Below, one piece after another: positions 1-10,666 of a stretch of DNA of 64,000 bases. Both the position numbers and the translations under genes were made by a program. The notes under the pieces were generated by a model. The model had not been told where the DNA came from and ran no database searches. It saw nothing but the letters and a program-made list of their open reading frames with translations. The stretch covers positions 320,001-384,000 of the forward strand of contig CBFHOE010000002.1 in NCBI GenBank assembly GCA_965657355.1, given 5' to 3'. Position 1 is the first letter of the stretch, and every line of letters starts with the position of its first letter. This stretch comes from Limisphaerales bacterium (GTDB lineage Bacteria; Verrucomicrobiota; Verrucomicrobiia; Limisphaerales; JAJOIW01).

Positions 1-364
1 CCTCACTGGCAGCATTGAGATCTTTTTCTTTTATTTTGACAATCTCCAGAATTTGCTCACGAGTGATCTTTCCAACTTTATGAGTGTTTGGAGTGGCAGA
101 CCCCGAAGCCAAACCTGCTGCCTTTTTGATGAGAACAGGTGCTGGTGGGGATTTGGTGATGAAAGTAAAAGATTTATCCTGAAAGACACTGATGACAACA
201 GGGATTACCATACCTGCCTGTTCTTTTGTGCGTGCATTAAATTCTTTACAGAAACCCATGATGTTCACACCGTGTTGACCGAGAGCTGGCCCGACAGGTG
301 GGGATGGATTTGCCTGTCCTGCAGGGATCTGTAGTCTGATATATCCAGTTATTTTTTTAGCCAT
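1..364 (-). CDS. rplK: 50S ribosomal protein L11 (3' end runs off the window)
   Basis: Not in the ORF track. Manual translation from ATG at 364 gives [47 protein letters not shown]...[11 protein letters not shown]; lies directly downstream of nusG. Confidence 0.97.
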   Translation of the reverse strand, partial: MAKKITGYIRLQIPAGQANPSPPVGPALGQHGVNIMGFCKEFNARTKEQAGMVIPVVISVFQDKSFTFITKSPPAPVLIKKAAGLASGSATPNTHKVGKITREQILEIVKIKEKDLNAASE

Positions 365-381
365 TTGCTTAAATTATTAAA

Positions 382-933
382 TTAAGATGTTTTTTCTACT
401 TGCCAGTATTCGAGTTCCACAGGTGTGTTTCGACCAAAGATACTCACTTGGACTTTGAGCTTTCCTTTTTCAGCATCCACCTCTTCGATAGTCCCATTGT
501 TCCCAAGGAACGGGCCATCGTTAATTTTGATAATTTCATTGGTTTCGAAATTAACTTTAGGCTTTTCGACATCGTCATCATCGCTAATCTGAGATTTAAT
601 AGCCTCAATCTCAGCATCAGGTGTTGGGGATGGGTGATCCCCGCCCACAAAACCAATGAGGCCTTGCGTTTCTCTCAAGAAATACCACGGCCTGTCGCGC
701 AGACGCTTGTTATCATCATAGAGATCGACTGAAATGAAGGCGTAGCCGGGATAAAGTTTTCGGTTTGTGACTATCTTTTTGCCATTTTTGACCTCAGCCA
801 CCCTTTCAATAGGCACGAGGACCTCCTCGATAAACTCGGAGACTTCCTCAATGACCATTCGTTTTTCGATGCTCTCTTTGACCTTTGACTCCTGCCCGGA
901 GAGGGTCTGCATTACGAACCATTGAAAAGGCAT
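382..933 (-). CDS. nusG: Transcription termination/antitermination factor NusG
   Basis: WFVMQTLSGQESKV, RKLYPGY, KOW region DGPF...IFGRNTPVELEYWQVEK. Start set to ATG 933 (MPFQW) because the longer ORF overlaps secE. Confidence 0.97.
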   Translation of the reverse strand: MPFQWFVMQTLSGQESKVKESIEKRMVIEEVSEFIEEVLVPIERVAEVKNGKKIVTNRKLYPGYAFISVDLYDDNKRLRDRPWYFLRETQGLIGFVGGDHPSPTPDAEIEAIKSQISDDDDVEKPKVNFETNEIIKINDGPFLGNNGTIEEVDAEKGKLKVQVSIFGRNTPVELEYWQVEKTS

Positions 934-985
934 ATTATCTCTGTCTGGGTATAATTTATAGTTGTTATAAAATCTGCGGTTCCGA

Positions 986-1258
986 TTAGTTAAATAAACC
1001 AAGGAGTCCGGTAACGGAACCGTTGATTATAAAATCAACGACCACTGTGAATGTTGAAAGGATGAGAGTTGAAACGAAAACAACGGCTGTGTTTATTTTC
1101 AACTCGTCAGTCGTAGGCCACGTGCACTTCTTGAGTTCCATTTTGGTGAGCGCCACGTAATTTCTGAAGCGAGCGAGCTGCCCATTCTTCCACAGGACAC
1201 CAAGGATAATCGCTGCGATGACCGTCCATACGATAATTTTGATAATTTCAGGATCCAT
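986..1258 (-). CDS. secE: Preprotein translocase subunit SecE
   Basis: ELKKCTWPT motif followed by a TM helix; sits between tRNAs and nusG. Confidence 0.93.
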   Translation of the reverse strand: MDPEIIKIIVWTVIAAIILGVLWKNGQLARFRNYVALTKMELKKCTWPTTDELKINTAVVFVSTLILSTFTVVVDFIINGSVTGLLGLFN

Positions 1259-1295
1259 TCGATTTATTCCTCATCAACATATATTTAATTTTTAG

Positions 1296-1383
1296 TGGCG
1301 GAGGGAGAGGGATTCGAACCCCCGGTACCTTTCGGTACAATGGTTTTCAAGACCACCGCAATCGACCACTCTGCCATCCCTCC
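1296..1383 (-). tRNA. tRNA-Ser(TGA)
   Basis: GGAGGGA acceptor stem, anticodon loop CT-TGA-AA, long variable arm GTACCGAAAGGTAC, GGTTCGAATCC, encoded CCA. Confidence 0.96.
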
Positions 1384-1427
1384 GCAAAATTCTCTGTCTT
1401 AATCATCTACTGAGTGATCGGGACAAG

Positions 1428-1503
1428 TGGCAGGGCAGGAGGGAATCGAACCCCCAACCAATGGTTTTGGAGACCACTACTCTACCAATTGAGCTACTAC
1501 CCT
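1428..1503 (-). tRNA. tRNA-Trp(CCA)
   Basis: AGGGTAGTAGCTCAATTGGTAGAG, loop CT-CCA-AA, GGTTCGATTCC, 3' CCA; 76 nt. Confidence 0.97.
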
Positions 1504-1525
1504 GTAAATCCCTTAAAATGACTAG

Positions 1526-1555
1526 AAAAAGAAAGCACGACACCGGCCGTGCTTT
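1526..1555 (-). terminator. Intrinsic terminator-like hairpin between tuf and tRNA-Trp
   Basis: Minus strand AAAGCACGGC-CGGT-GTCGTGCTTT followed by CTTTTT. Confidence 0.6.
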
Positions 1556-1636
1556 GGTCTTAGTTAAAATAAATTAATTTTCAAAAATTTGATTGAGCTG
1601 GGATTACCCAACTCAGGATTATGGATAACGAGTCTG

Positions 1637-2821
1637 TTATTCGTTAATGTCAGCGACACGACCAGCACCAATTGTCCTGCCACCTTCACGAATAGCGAAT
1701 CTTTGCCCTTTTTCCATAGCTATCGGAGCAATCACCTCGACATCCACAGAGACATTATCTCCAGGCATGACCATCTCAGTTCCTTCCGGCAGTGTTACAG
1801 AACCAGTTACGTCTGATGTGCGGAAGTAGAATTGTGGTCTGTAGTTGTTAAAGAATGGTGTGTGTCTACCACCCTCCTCCTTGGAGAGGACGTAAACCTC
1901 TGCGCTAAATTTCTTGTGAGGCTTGATCGAGCCAGGTGCGGCAAGAACCATACCACGCTGAACATCATCCTTTTTGATCCCGCGGAGAAGAACTCCAACG
2001 TTTTCACCGGCAGACGCTTCATCGAGCAACTTTCTAAACATTTCAATGTCTGTCACAGTGGTCTTGCGTGTTTCTTTCAAACCAACGATTTCCACTTCAG
2101 ACATTTTCTTGAGAACGCCTCGCTCTACTCTGCCAGTTACAACCGTACCACGTCCTTCAATGTTGAACACATCTTCGATGCACATTAGGAATGGCTTGTC
2201 CACCTCACGCTGAGGTAGTTCAATGTGGGAATCTAAAGCATTAAGGAGATTTTGGATAGCCTCCTCACCTTCTGGCTTGTGCTCCTGAGCAGCTGTGGCG
2301 CTACCACGCACAACAGGGCAGCCTTCAAATTGATATTTCTCCAAGATCTCAGTGACTTCCATTTCGACGAGGTCGAGAAGTTCATCATCATCAACGAGGT
2401 CGACTTTATTTAAGAAGACCACAATGGCAGGAACACCAACCTGACGAGCAAGAAGAACGTGCTCACGTGTCTGTGGCATTGGTCCGTCAGCAGCACTTAC
2501 GACAAGAATCGCACCATCCATCTGAGCAGCACCAGTAATCATGTTCTTGACGTAGTCCGCGTGACCTGGGCAGTCGACGTGGGCATAGTGACGAGATTCT
2601 GATTCATACTCGACGTGGGAGGCTGCGATAGTAACCGTTTTGGTTTCATCACGCACTGTTCCACCCTTGGTGATATCAGCATATGAAATTGCTGGTGCCA
2701 GACCCTTTTTATTTTGAACTTCGACAATAGCGGCTGTCAAAGTTGATTTGCCGTGGTCCACGTGGCCGATAGTTCCGACGTTTACGTGGGGTTTAGTACG
2801 CTCGAACGCTTCTTTTGCCAT
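1637..2821 (-). CDS. tuf: Elongation factor Tu
   Basis: [53 protein letters not shown]. Confidence 0.99.
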   Translation of the reverse strand: MAKEAFERTKPHVNVGTIGHVDHGKSTLTAAIVEVQNKKGLAPAISYADITKGGTVRDETKTVTIAASHVEYESESRHYAHVDCPGHADYVKNMITGAAQMDGAILVVSAADGPMPQTREHVLLARQVGVPAIVVFLNKVDLVDDDELLDLVEMEVTEILEKYQFEGCPVVRGSATAAQEHKPEGEEAIQNLLNALDSHIELPQREVDKPFLMCIEDVFNIEGRGTVVTGRVERGVLKKMSEVEIVGLKETRKTTVTDIEMFRKLLDEASAGENVGVLLRGIKKDDVQRGMVLAAPGSIKPHKKFSAEVYVLSKEEGGRHTPFFNNYRPQFYFRTSDVTGSVTLPEGTEMVMPGDNVSVDVEVIAPIAMEKGQRFAIREGGRTIGAGRVADINE

Positions 2822-2877
2822 TGCTTTTTCCTAATATAGGTATTTTGAGTATTTTTTAAGTAAATTCTAATTATTAA

Positions 2878-2953
2878 TGGAGCCCATGACCGGGCTTGAA
2901 CCGGTGACCTCATCCTTACCAAGGATGTGCTCTACCGACTGAGCTACATGGGC
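2878..2953 (-). tRNA. tRNA-Thr(GGT)
   Basis: GCCCATGTAGCTCAGTCGGTAGAGC, loop TT-GGT-AA, GGTTCAAGCCC, 3' CCA; directly upstream of tuf. Confidence 0.97.
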
Positions 2954-3058
2954 GATAGGATGTGAACGTTTTAAGGCTCAACAACCAAGACCCCGGTGTG
3001 AAAACTCCACCACCCGAAGGTTTCCAATCCCTAAAGATTTTACTCCAAGGGAATGGAG

Positions 3059-3087
3059 TATTTATGGCCTTTTTAAATCATTGTCAA
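3059..3087 (-). promoter_or_regulatory. Putative sigma70 promoter of the tRNA-Thr/tuf operon
   Basis: TTGACA (3087-3082), 17-nt spacer, TAAATA; AT-rich UP-like tract upstream. Confidence 0.55.
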
Positions 3088-3117
3088 CGGGATTTTTAAT
3101 TTTTCTTAATTTTTTGA

Positions 3118-4056
3118 TTATTCAATTGAATCAACAACTTCTTGATAAGTTTTAAAGTGCCGCTTGCAAACGGATTCTAAGTTGCCAATTTCGCCCTGTT
3201 TCAAAACCTCCTGAGCAGCCATAAAAACCTGTTTTGAGGCACCTTTTGGGAGTTTTACCCCCAATTTTTCGGACAGACGATCCATTTCAGAGACAAATTT
3301 TCCTCTTGCACAAATTGAAGCAGTGGCCACCGCAATATCCGACTCAGCTTTTGTTTTTTGGATGAGCTGGATGGACTTAGCTTTCCCAAACAAAGCTTTC
3401 TCAACGACAGACTTTGATTTAGCGAATTGATCACTAAGGACGAATTCGGGACCAGGCAGTTCCGTGTTAATCTTTGCTAACACATTTTCAATAGCTCGTG
3501 CGTGCCCCCAGGCGAGCAGGCGATTTAAATTAGCAAACTTTTTGTAGAGTTTATTGTAAGCCGGATTGCCAATACAAACGGTATCAACGACACAGCCATC
3601 TGTTTTTTCAATGATTTTACAGAGCTCTTGTATCTTAGCCGCACTTTTTACATTTTTGGAGTCCTGCACCCCCGATTCATGAAGAATTCGGGCAGCGGGT
3701 TCGTTGAGGTAGGCGGCAGTAATGACCAGTGGGCCAAAGAAATCGCCCTTGCCGCTCTCATCGACTCCGATGTGAGGCTTTAATTGTTCAGGGTCATGCT
3801 CCAGCTCATAGCCTACAGTTGCTTTTTCTAGGATTTGAGGCTCTAAATAAAATTCAATAAATTCCCGGGTGCCTTTTCCTTGCAAAAGCAATTTACCAGA
3901 CTCGTATGATGAGACTACCAGGTCTGGCCCTTTTGCAGAAAAGAGAGTGTATTGAGGTGTAGAAATAACAAATCCACGATCAACCAAATATTCTCGAATT
4001 CTTTTTGATTGAGCTTTGGTGATAATGACAGTGTGACTTGTTAAAGTTTTAGACAT
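3118..4056 (-). CDS. rnhC: Ribonuclease HIII
   Basis: N-terminal TBP-like domain (YESGKLLLQGKG), IGVDESGKGDFFGP, QDSK, SDQF, AVATASICAR, LPKGAS. Confidence 0.95.
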   Translation of the reverse strand: MSKTLTSHTVIITKAQSKRIREYLVDRGFVISTPQYTLFSAKGPDLVVSSYESGKLLLQGKGTREFIEFYLEPQILEKATVGYELEHDPEQLKPHIGVDESGKGDFFGPLVITAAYLNEPAARILHESGVQDSKNVKSAAKIQELCKIIEKTDGCVVDTVCIGNPAYNKLYKKFANLNRLLAWGHARAIENVLAKINTELPGPEFVLSDQFAKSKSVVEKALFGKAKSIQLIQKTKAESDIAVATASICARGKFVSEMDRLSEKLGVKLPKGASKQVFMAAQEVLKQGEIGNLESVCKRHFKTYQEVVDSIE

Positions 4057-4142
4057 CGAGCAATTGAATATTCAGCGAGATGAATAATTATTATCATGTT
4101 TAACCTCATGAGTTGAACAAATTTAGCAAGATAAACTTTTTA

Positions 4143-5243
4143 ATGCAGAACGAACAAGCCAGCTACATGGCAAAACCCCTTCTTTCTTGGTATTCCCAAA
4201 ATGCTAGAGACTTGCCCTGGCGAAAAACCAAGGACCCATATGCCATATGGATTTCTGAGGTCATGCTTCAGCAAACACAGGTGGTCAAAGTCATAGATTA
4301 TTGGAATAGATGGATGAATTTGTTCCCATCCATTGCCGACTTGGCAAATGCCGACACAGAAAAGGTATTAAAAGCTTGGGAAGGACTGGGTTACTACACA
4401 AGGTGCAAAAATCTCATGAGAGCAGCGCAAGTCATCATGGAGGACTTTCGGGGCGAGTTTCCAAGCAAGCCAGAATCTATTTCAAGCTTACCTGGCATTG
4501 GGCCATACACAACAGGGGCGATAGGTAGTATTGCATTTAATCATTCACTTCCTTTAGTGGATGGAAATGTAGAAAGGATCATAACTAGATTTTTGGCAAT
4601 TGAGGAAGACATACGGCTTTCCAAAACAAAAGCGAAGATTTGGGACCATTGTGATGATTTGATTAAATTTATTACCAATTCAGAGTTAGTGAATAGGGAG
4701 GATATATTTGGAAATATGAATCAAGCCCTTATGGAGCTTGGAGCCACGATATGCTTACCTAAGAAACCAGATTGTAAACGATGCCCGATCTCGCTGAATT
4801 GCATTGCATTCGAAAAAAAACTACAGAACAAATTGCCGGTTAAGTCGAAAACCCAAAAAATAAAAAATATATTTTCAACATCCTGGGTTCTTATTTGGAA
4901 TGATAAAATCATCATTGAGAAGGCCTCCGATAAAGAGTGGAATTCAGGTCTTTATCGATTTCCTACGGTTGAAGAAAGGGAAAGACACGGACCACTGGAA
5001 CAGTTATTTGAAAAACAGTGGAATTTTATACCGTCAAATGAACTGGTTATCGTTGGAAACTTGCGTCATGCAATAACCCACCACCGCATCCGTATTCGAG
5101 TCGTAAAAATCGCCCTGACATCAAAAGAAACAAAGAACCTAGCAAACGATAGCAATGAATGGGCGACTTTGAATAAAATTAAAGATCTTCCATTTTCTGG
5201 GGCTAACTTAAAAATACTTAACACAATTGACAATACTCTGTGA
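4143..5243 (+). CDS. mutY: A/G-specific adenine glycosylase MutY
   Basis: RDLPWR, WISEVMLQQTQV, WEGLGYY, HhH LPGIGPYT, VDGNV, Fe-S motif CxxxxxxCxxCxxxxxC; start codon uncertain (4113/4143/4167). Confidence 0.95.
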   Translation: MQNEQASYMAKPLLSWYSQNARDLPWRKTKDPYAIWISEVMLQQTQVVKVIDYWNRWMNLFPSIADLANADTEKVLKAWEGLGYYTRCKNLMRAAQVIMEDFRGEFPSKPESISSLPGIGPYTTGAIGSIAFNHSLPLVDGNVERIITRFLAIEEDIRLSKTKAKIWDHCDDLIKFITNSELVNREDIFGNMNQALMELGATICLPKKPDCKRCPISLNCIAFEKKLQNKLPVKSKTQKIKNIFSTSWVLIWNDKIIIEKASDKEWNSGLYRFPTVEERERHGPLEQLFEKQWNFIPSNELVIVGNLRHAITHHRIRIRVVKIALTSKETKNLANDSNEWATLNKIKDLPFSGANLKILNTIDNTL

Positions 5244-5453
5244 GGAATATCTGATTCACACATTAGAGATAAAATTTTTTTGTGATAACTACATCTACAA
5301 CGCCTTCCCTGAGACCGAGTTCCTGACATCATTTGTTTTGATCTCAATTCGGCATCATATCTGTAACAAAAACCTCGTGTGTCTACGGCCTCAAATTGCC
5401 CCCCAATAGTGTAAACCGAAAAGCAAGGTGTGGCTGTTGTTTAAAAGAGCGCT

Positions 5454-6920
5454 TTAAATGATCTGCTTTATGACACTGCCAAAATCAGATTCAAGACGCT
5501 TATGACCAGAAACCTCCAAACTATGTGCGCTCAAGCCTAATTGGTGAAGAAGGGTGGCGTGTATGTCCGTGACATAATGTGGGTTGTCTTCAGCATGAAA
5601 ACCCAACTCATCCGTTGAACCATGGACGACACCTCCCCTTACACCTCCCCCGGCCATCCAAACTGAAAACCCATAGGGATGGTGGTCTCTTCCGTCGCCA
5701 TTTTGTGACCCTGGTGTTCGACCGAACTCGGTCGCAAAAACCACAATTGTTTCATCTAACAGTCCTCTTTGCTTAAGGTCTTTCAGTAATCCTGCGACCG
5801 GCTTATCAACCTGGGCAGATAATTTGGAGTGGTTACTTTTAAGACTACTGTGAGCATCCCAAGCGCCAGCAGCCCCGTCACCATGCATAATCTGGACGAA
5901 TCGGACCCCCTTTTCTACTAACCTACGCGCGCACAACAGTTGTTTACCAAATGGTTTTGTAGTGTCTTTATCCAACCCGTAAAGGTCAGAAGTAGCTTTG
6001 GATTCACCACTAATGTCAAGAGTATCAGGAATGGAGGACTGCATATTAAATGCGAGCTCATAGGAGCGAATTCTCGCCTCCAATATTTTATCATTTATGT
6101 TTTGAGCACGGGCAATTTTATTCAGTCTATTGATTAACGCGAAACTGACACTCTGCTCATGATGAGAGAGATCTCCATTAGGCTTTGCAAATGCAAGGGG
6201 TTCATCGGCATTAACGTCTAATGGGACAGCATCGTATGCAGGCCCAAGATAATGGCCGTCACGCTTATCAAAGAAACGAGGCCCCATCGTTATGAATTTC
6301 GGTAGATTATCATTTAGTGAGCCTAATCCGTAACTTATCCAGGCCCCTATGGTTGGCACCCTGACGTCTAACATATGACGGCCTGAATGAAACTGCACCT
6401 GCGCACCATGATTATCATCTGTTGTCCACATCGACCTGATGAAAGAAATATCATCAGCACACGAACCAATATGAGGAAACCAATCACTGACAGGAATCCC
6501 GGATTGCCCATATTTTTTAAAGCCTATTTGATTGGGATATATTTTGTTTCTCTGTTGACCATTGGCATCGTTGACAACTACGACCCGCACCTTTTTCAAT
6601 TTCTCAGGATCTTGAACGCTCATGAATGGGGTCTCGGATATCGTCTTTCCGGCATATTTATCGAGAGCAGGCTTTGGGTCAAAACTTTCCATGTGGCTCA
6701 CTCCGCCTCGCATAAAAAGCCATATCACATTTTTTGCTTTTGGCTTAAATTGAGGGAGCCCATTTATCCTGAAGGGTGAGGAATTCGCGGCGGCCTTATA
6801 TCGCTCTTCCATCAGAAGGGATTCCAATGCAATCCCCCCGAAACCTAGACCCAACCTATTAATAAAATCCCGTCTTTTCATAACACCAAATGTTCGTTCT
6901 TTGAGTCTGATGGATTTCAT
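5454..6920 (-). CDS. DUF1501 domain protein with Tat-like signal
   Basis: [62 protein letters not shown] overlap with the upstream PSD gene. Confidence 0.9.
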   Translation of the reverse strand: MKSIRLKERTFGVMKRRDFINRLGLGFGGIALESLLMEERYKAAANSSPFRINGLPQFKPKAKNVIWLFMRGGVSHMESFDPKPALDKYAGKTISETPFMSVQDPEKLKKVRVVVVNDANGQQRNKIYPNQIGFKKYGQSGIPVSDWFPHIGSCADDISFIRSMWTTDDNHGAQVQFHSGRHMLDVRVPTIGAWISYGLGSLNDNLPKFITMGPRFFDKRDGHYLGPAYDAVPLDVNADEPLAFAKPNGDLSHHEQSVSFALINRLNKIARAQNINDKILEARIRSYELAFNMQSSIPDTLDISGESKATSDLYGLDKDTTKPFGKQLLCARRLVEKGVRFVQIMHGDGAAGAWDAHSSLKSNHSKLSAQVDKPVAGLLKDLKQRGLLDETIVVFATEFGRTPGSQNGDGRDHHPYGFSVWMAGGGVRGGVVHGSTDELGFHAEDNPHYVTDIHATLLHQLGLSAHSLEVSGHKRLESDFGSVIKQII

Positions 6921-9514
6921 TTTATCGATATAAACTCATGATGGTTGATAAGGGCATGAACTAAAATTGTTTTCTGACGTTCCATGTTAACATCCTGTAA
7001 AAGTTGTCGGCTAACCTGGATTTCTTGAACTGATGGAGATCTTCCCAAGATAAGGTTGAAAGCTCTTTTTATATATGCTTCGTCAAGCGCGCCACCACGT
7101 GGATGACCAATACGCTTAGCAATTTTTCCAGCCATACTGAGAGCGAGCTGACTATTAATTAATGCCAATGCTTGTTGAGGTAAAACAGACTCTTCTCGAC
7201 GGTAGCACGATTCAATATCCGCATCATCAAACTGAACAAGAAACTTGTTCTGGTCATCACGGGAATGTTTAAAGTATATACTGCGACGGTATGGACCTTT
7301 CGCAGGATTTGAATCTAGGGATGGTCCTCCAATGCTTAAATCAATTTCCCCTGCTAGATGAAGAATGGAATCACGCAACACTTGGGATTCCACACGGCGG
7401 GATGGCTTGCGCCAGAAAAACGAATTTTTTTTATCAGAACGATTGGTTTCTTTTTCAGAATGAGTTGCCACGCTTTTTCGTTTCCACGCCTTGCACGTCA
7501 TAATTAGTCGATGCAGCCTTTTCATCTTCCAGCCATTTACGATTAAATCTGAAGATAAAAAATCCAAGAGGTCTTTCATTTCTGGAGGGGAAGACCGCCT
7601 ACCAAAATCGGAAACCGTTGAGACTAATGGCTTCCCAAAGTGCCTCATCCAAACGTGATTCACCGCCACTCGGGCTGTAAGAGGGTTATTTTTATTAGTC
7701 ATCCACTCTGTCAGAGCTCTCCTCCGCCCAGTAGAAAACGAGGGATATGGAGCGGTTTGAGACTCGAGCTCCTCTGCCGGCGATTCTAAAGCCTTTCTCG
7801 ATGCAATTAGTCGTGGGTAGCTAGCCACCATACCGGACGACCTCAATTCATCTAATTCATTCAATTTACTTTGCTCTTGGCGGTGTAAATTTTCCAAGTC
7901 TTTAGACTCTTTTGTGTTTGAGATCGCCAATCTGATTTTTGCAATTTCCCATTGGACCTTTGATATTAGATATTTGGCATACGCTTTTTTCGCATTTTCT
8001 ATTAGATTACTTTTTGAGGAATCATGACTGTCATCATGCCCGATTTTGTCTGCAAGAAAACGTGAATTTATAAATGCTATTTCCGTCTCAAAGAAATGAA
8101 TCCTAGAAAGAATTTCGCGACGAGCATCAGCAGAGCCCTTCATACTTAAATCATTTTGGGCAAGCTCAATTTTTTTGCGGCTCAAACTTACCAAGTCATC
8201 AATGACATATTGTCTTGAATAAGGACGGTAGGATTGTCTAGGGAGTTGAATCTCTCTAGGCTTAAAAGCATCAACCATTCCATTGACCTCAAAAAGTGCC
8301 GGTTTAATAACTTCAGATTCATTAAAGTGTTTTTCATTACCCTTAATGTGAAGCCATGTGGGTTGCCCCGGATGAGCATCATATACCCTGGGTATACCAT
8401 TTTCTTCAATTGAGGCATAACCAGGAATCGGATCTAGACGAACCTGGTGTGGCTCAAATATGGCTCTTATTTGGTAATAGGATTTCTGGGAGATGGGATC
8501 ATATTTATGGTCGTGGCATTTGGCACAATTTAAGGTGAGCCCTAAAAAACCTTTACCCACATGTTCAATAGTTTTATCCAACCACGTTGTTCTGTTAAAT
8601 AAGTAATAATTTCGAGCCAAGTATCCTGTCGCTCTGAGTTTATCCTGATCATTGGGATAGATCTCATCTGCAGCAAGCATTTGCCGTATCATTTCATCGT
8701 AACCAATATCTTCGTTAAGTGATTCGATAATCCAGTCCCTCCAATGCCAAATATGTTTTTGTGAATTCCTCAATTGTGATCCCAGACCATACCAATCAGA
8801 ATACCTCCATATATCCATCCAATGTCGCCCCCATCGCTCTCCGTAGTGAGGGCTCGCTAGAAGTTTATCCATCAATCGCTCCCACCTATCATCAATAGAT
8901 TGTGAGAAGAACCACTGGTAGTCGGATTCCAGAGGGGGCAAACCAATGAGATCATAGTAAGCTCGGCGCACAAGCTGCCTCTCCGTCTCCATTCCCACTG
9001 GGCGAACATCATGCGATTGGTGATACAATGATAAGATGACATCAATAGGATTCGCTCCTTTGGCATCAAAATTTGCGGATTGGATGTTGGTTTTAATAGG
9101 CAAAAAAGCCCAATGACTTTGAGGATCCTGCTCAGGCTTTTCGGAGGCGAAAGAAGGACTTCCTGATTGGATCCAAGCTATCATGGCTTTTACAAATTCC
9201 TTATCAACGGCCTGCCCTTCAGGAGGCATGCGGCTATCCAAGTCAGAAGTCGTGAGGCGAGAAATTAGCTCACTGTCTTTTGGTGATAAGGAATTAAGAA
9301 TGACACCATTTTTCCCGCCAGCTTTTATAAATTCAGCAGTATCCAGTCTTAAACCAGCTTTTTGCTTTAGGGCCCCGTGGCAGGAATAACACCTGGATTT
9401 TAAAACAGGTTTAATTTTATCAAAATAGACGTTAGAGCGTGCCTTTGCAAAACTCAAAGCCACAAGAAATACACAAAGATACCCCCACTTAATGAGCTTT
9501 GGAATCATGCCCAT
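6917..9514 (-). CDS. Planctomycete cytochrome c / DUF1549 / DUF1553 (PSD1) domain protein
   Basis: Signal peptide, CYSCHG...[48 protein letters not shown]. Confidence 0.9.
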   Translation of the reverse strand: MGMIPKLIKWGYLCVFLVALSFAKARSNVYFDKIKPVLKSRCYSCHGALKQKAGLRLDTAEFIKAGGKNGVILNSLSPKDSELISRLTTSDLDSRMPPEGQAVDKEFVKAMIAWIQSGSPSFASEKPEQDPQSHWAFLPIKTNIQSANFDAKGANPIDVILSLYHQSHDVRPVGMETERQLVRRAYYDLIGLPPLESDYQWFFSQSIDDRWERLMDKLLASPHYGERWGRHWMDIWRYSDWYGLGSQLRNSQKHIWHWRDWIIESLNEDIGYDEMIRQMLAADEIYPNDQDKLRATGYLARNYYLFNRTTWLDKTIEHVGKGFLGLTLNCAKCHDHKYDPISQKSYYQIRAIFEPHQVRLDPIPGYASIEENGIPRVYDAHPGQPTWLHIKGNEKHFNESEVIKPALFEVNGMVDAFKPREIQLPRQSYRPYSRQYVIDDLVSLSRKKIELAQNDLSMKGSADARREILSRIHFFETEIAFINSRFLADKIGHDDSHDSSKSNLIENAKKAYAKYLISKVQWEIAKIRLAISNTKESKDLENLHRQEQSKLNELDELRSSGMVASYPRLIASRKALESPAEELESQTAPYPSFSTGRRRALTEWMTNKNNPLTARVAVNHVWMRHFGKPLVSTVSDFGRRSSPPEMKDLLDFLSSDLIVNGWKMKRLHRLIMTCKAWKRKSVATHSEKETNRSDKKNSFFWRKPSRRVESQVLRDSILHLAGEIDLSIGGPSLDSNPAKGPYRRSIYFKHSRDDQNKFLVQFDDADIESCYRREESVLPQQALALINSQLALSMAGKIAKRIGHPRGGALDEAYIKRAFNLILGRSPSVQEIQVSRQLLQDVNMERQKTILVHALINHHEFISIK

Positions 9515-9596
9515 GGACTAACATTTTAGAGCTCCTTTAACAAGCTCAGGAAATTGTTGATCTCAGGTCCAGAAAAGCAGGTGAACTCGCTTGTTA

Positions 9597-10319
9597 TTAG
9601 GATTGCATGAGAGAGGAGACCTCACTGGGCTGCAAGACTCTCCATTTACCAGGCTTCAGGTCACCTATAGAAATTGGACCTATTTGAATGCGTCGAAGAT
9701 TTTCAATCTTTAAATTAAGTTGCTTCATCATTCTCCGAATTTCTCGATTTTTCCCCTCAGCAAGTTCGATTTCGAGGAGACTCCCCGCAAAATCCTTGGC
9801 TAGGACTTTGCACGCATGGGCTTTGAGAATATCATCCCCAACCCGCATACCCTGAATAAGAGGCTTCAAATCTCTGTTCTCAACTTTTCCTTTCACTGTC
9901 ACCCGGTATTTTTTGATGACCCCGTATCGAGGATGGGTCACTTTGAGGCAAAAATCACCGTCGTTTGTCATGAGAATGAGCCCCTCGGATTCTCTATCCA
10001 ATCGTCCAACAGGGTAAAGGTCACCCCATTCCTGCGGCAAAAGATCAGATAGAATAGACCTACCCATTTCGTCAGATTTCGTACTCACGACCCCTCTGGG
10101 CTTATGGACGGCAACGTGCCTCCTCGTTTTCTTTTTAATCTCATTTCCGTCTAATGTGACGTTGTCGACCAAAGGCAGAACTGGGGTACCAGGTTTGAAT
10201 ATGACCTTGCCATTAATGGCTACCCTGCCCTGCTCCACCAGCTTTTCTCCAGCCCGCCTGGAGCACGCTCCAGCGTCTGATAGATATTTTTGAATCCTTA
10301 CTGTTTTTTGGTCTCCCAT
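9597..10319 (-). CDS. rluB: rRNA pseudouridine synthase, RsuA/RluB family
   Basis: S4 domain RIQKYLSDAGACSRR, HKPRG, catalytic PVGRLD, EGKNREIRRM. Confidence 0.85.
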   Translation of the reverse strand: MGDQKTVRIQKYLSDAGACSRRAGEKLVEQGRVAINGKVIFKPGTPVLPLVDNVTLDGNEIKKKTRRHVAVHKPRGVVSTKSDEMGRSILSDLLPQEWGDLYPVGRLDRESEGLILMTNDGDFCLKVTHPRYGVIKKYRVTVKGKVENRDLKPLIQGMRVGDDILKAHACKVLAKDFAGSLLEIELAEGKNREIRRMMKQLNLKIENLRRIQIGPISIGDLKPGKWRVLQPSEVSSLMQS

Positions 10320-10387
10320 TTTTTGATACTTGAAAGCTAAATAAATGGTCTATTTTAACGCCGCTCAAAACTTTGCTTAAAAATAAC

Positions 10388-10422
10388 AAAAAAGTAGGAC
10401 CAGATGATTACCTGGCCCCACT
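10388..10422 (-). terminator. Intrinsic terminator after the small basic protein gene
   Basis: Minus strand AGTGGGGCCAG-loop-CTGGTCCTACT then a T run (G:U pairs in the stem). Confidence 0.65.
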
Positions 10423-10450
10423 AAAAATTTTGATAGCGTGTATGTGCTGA

Positions 10451-10603
10451 TTATTCAGGTTTGGTTTTACGCAGGCCAGTCACTTTGTCGCCGGCTTTCC
10501 ATTGACCACGTTTGCGCAGCAATTCAACTCGTTCGAATCGCTTTAGGACACTTCTTTTGCCGCCCAAAGTTGAGGCACCTCTTAGACTTCTATGTTGTGA
10601 CAT
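10451..10603 (-). CDS. PVC superphylum small basic protein (50 aa)
   Basis: Below the ORF-track length cutoff. Translates MSQHRSLRGASTLGGKRSVLKRFERVELLRKRGQWKAGDKVTGLRKTKPE; GGAG RBS upstream, terminator downstream; matches the recalled pattern MSxHxSL...RxVLKRFER...W...GLxK. Confidence 0.9.
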   Translation of the reverse strand: MSQHRSLRGASTLGGKRSVLKRFERVELLRKRGQWKAGDKVTGLRKTKPE

Positions 10604-10666
10604 ATTTTTTCTCCAAAAATTGGACTGTGAAAAATATCAAATGGTGCAAATTGATCAAGCTAAATA

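Noticed and set aside
53..334. 93-aa plus-strand ORF
   Set aside because: Antisense shadow of rplK
934..1002. N-terminal extension of NusG in the ORF track
   Set aside because: Overlaps secE; NusG homology begins at ATG 933
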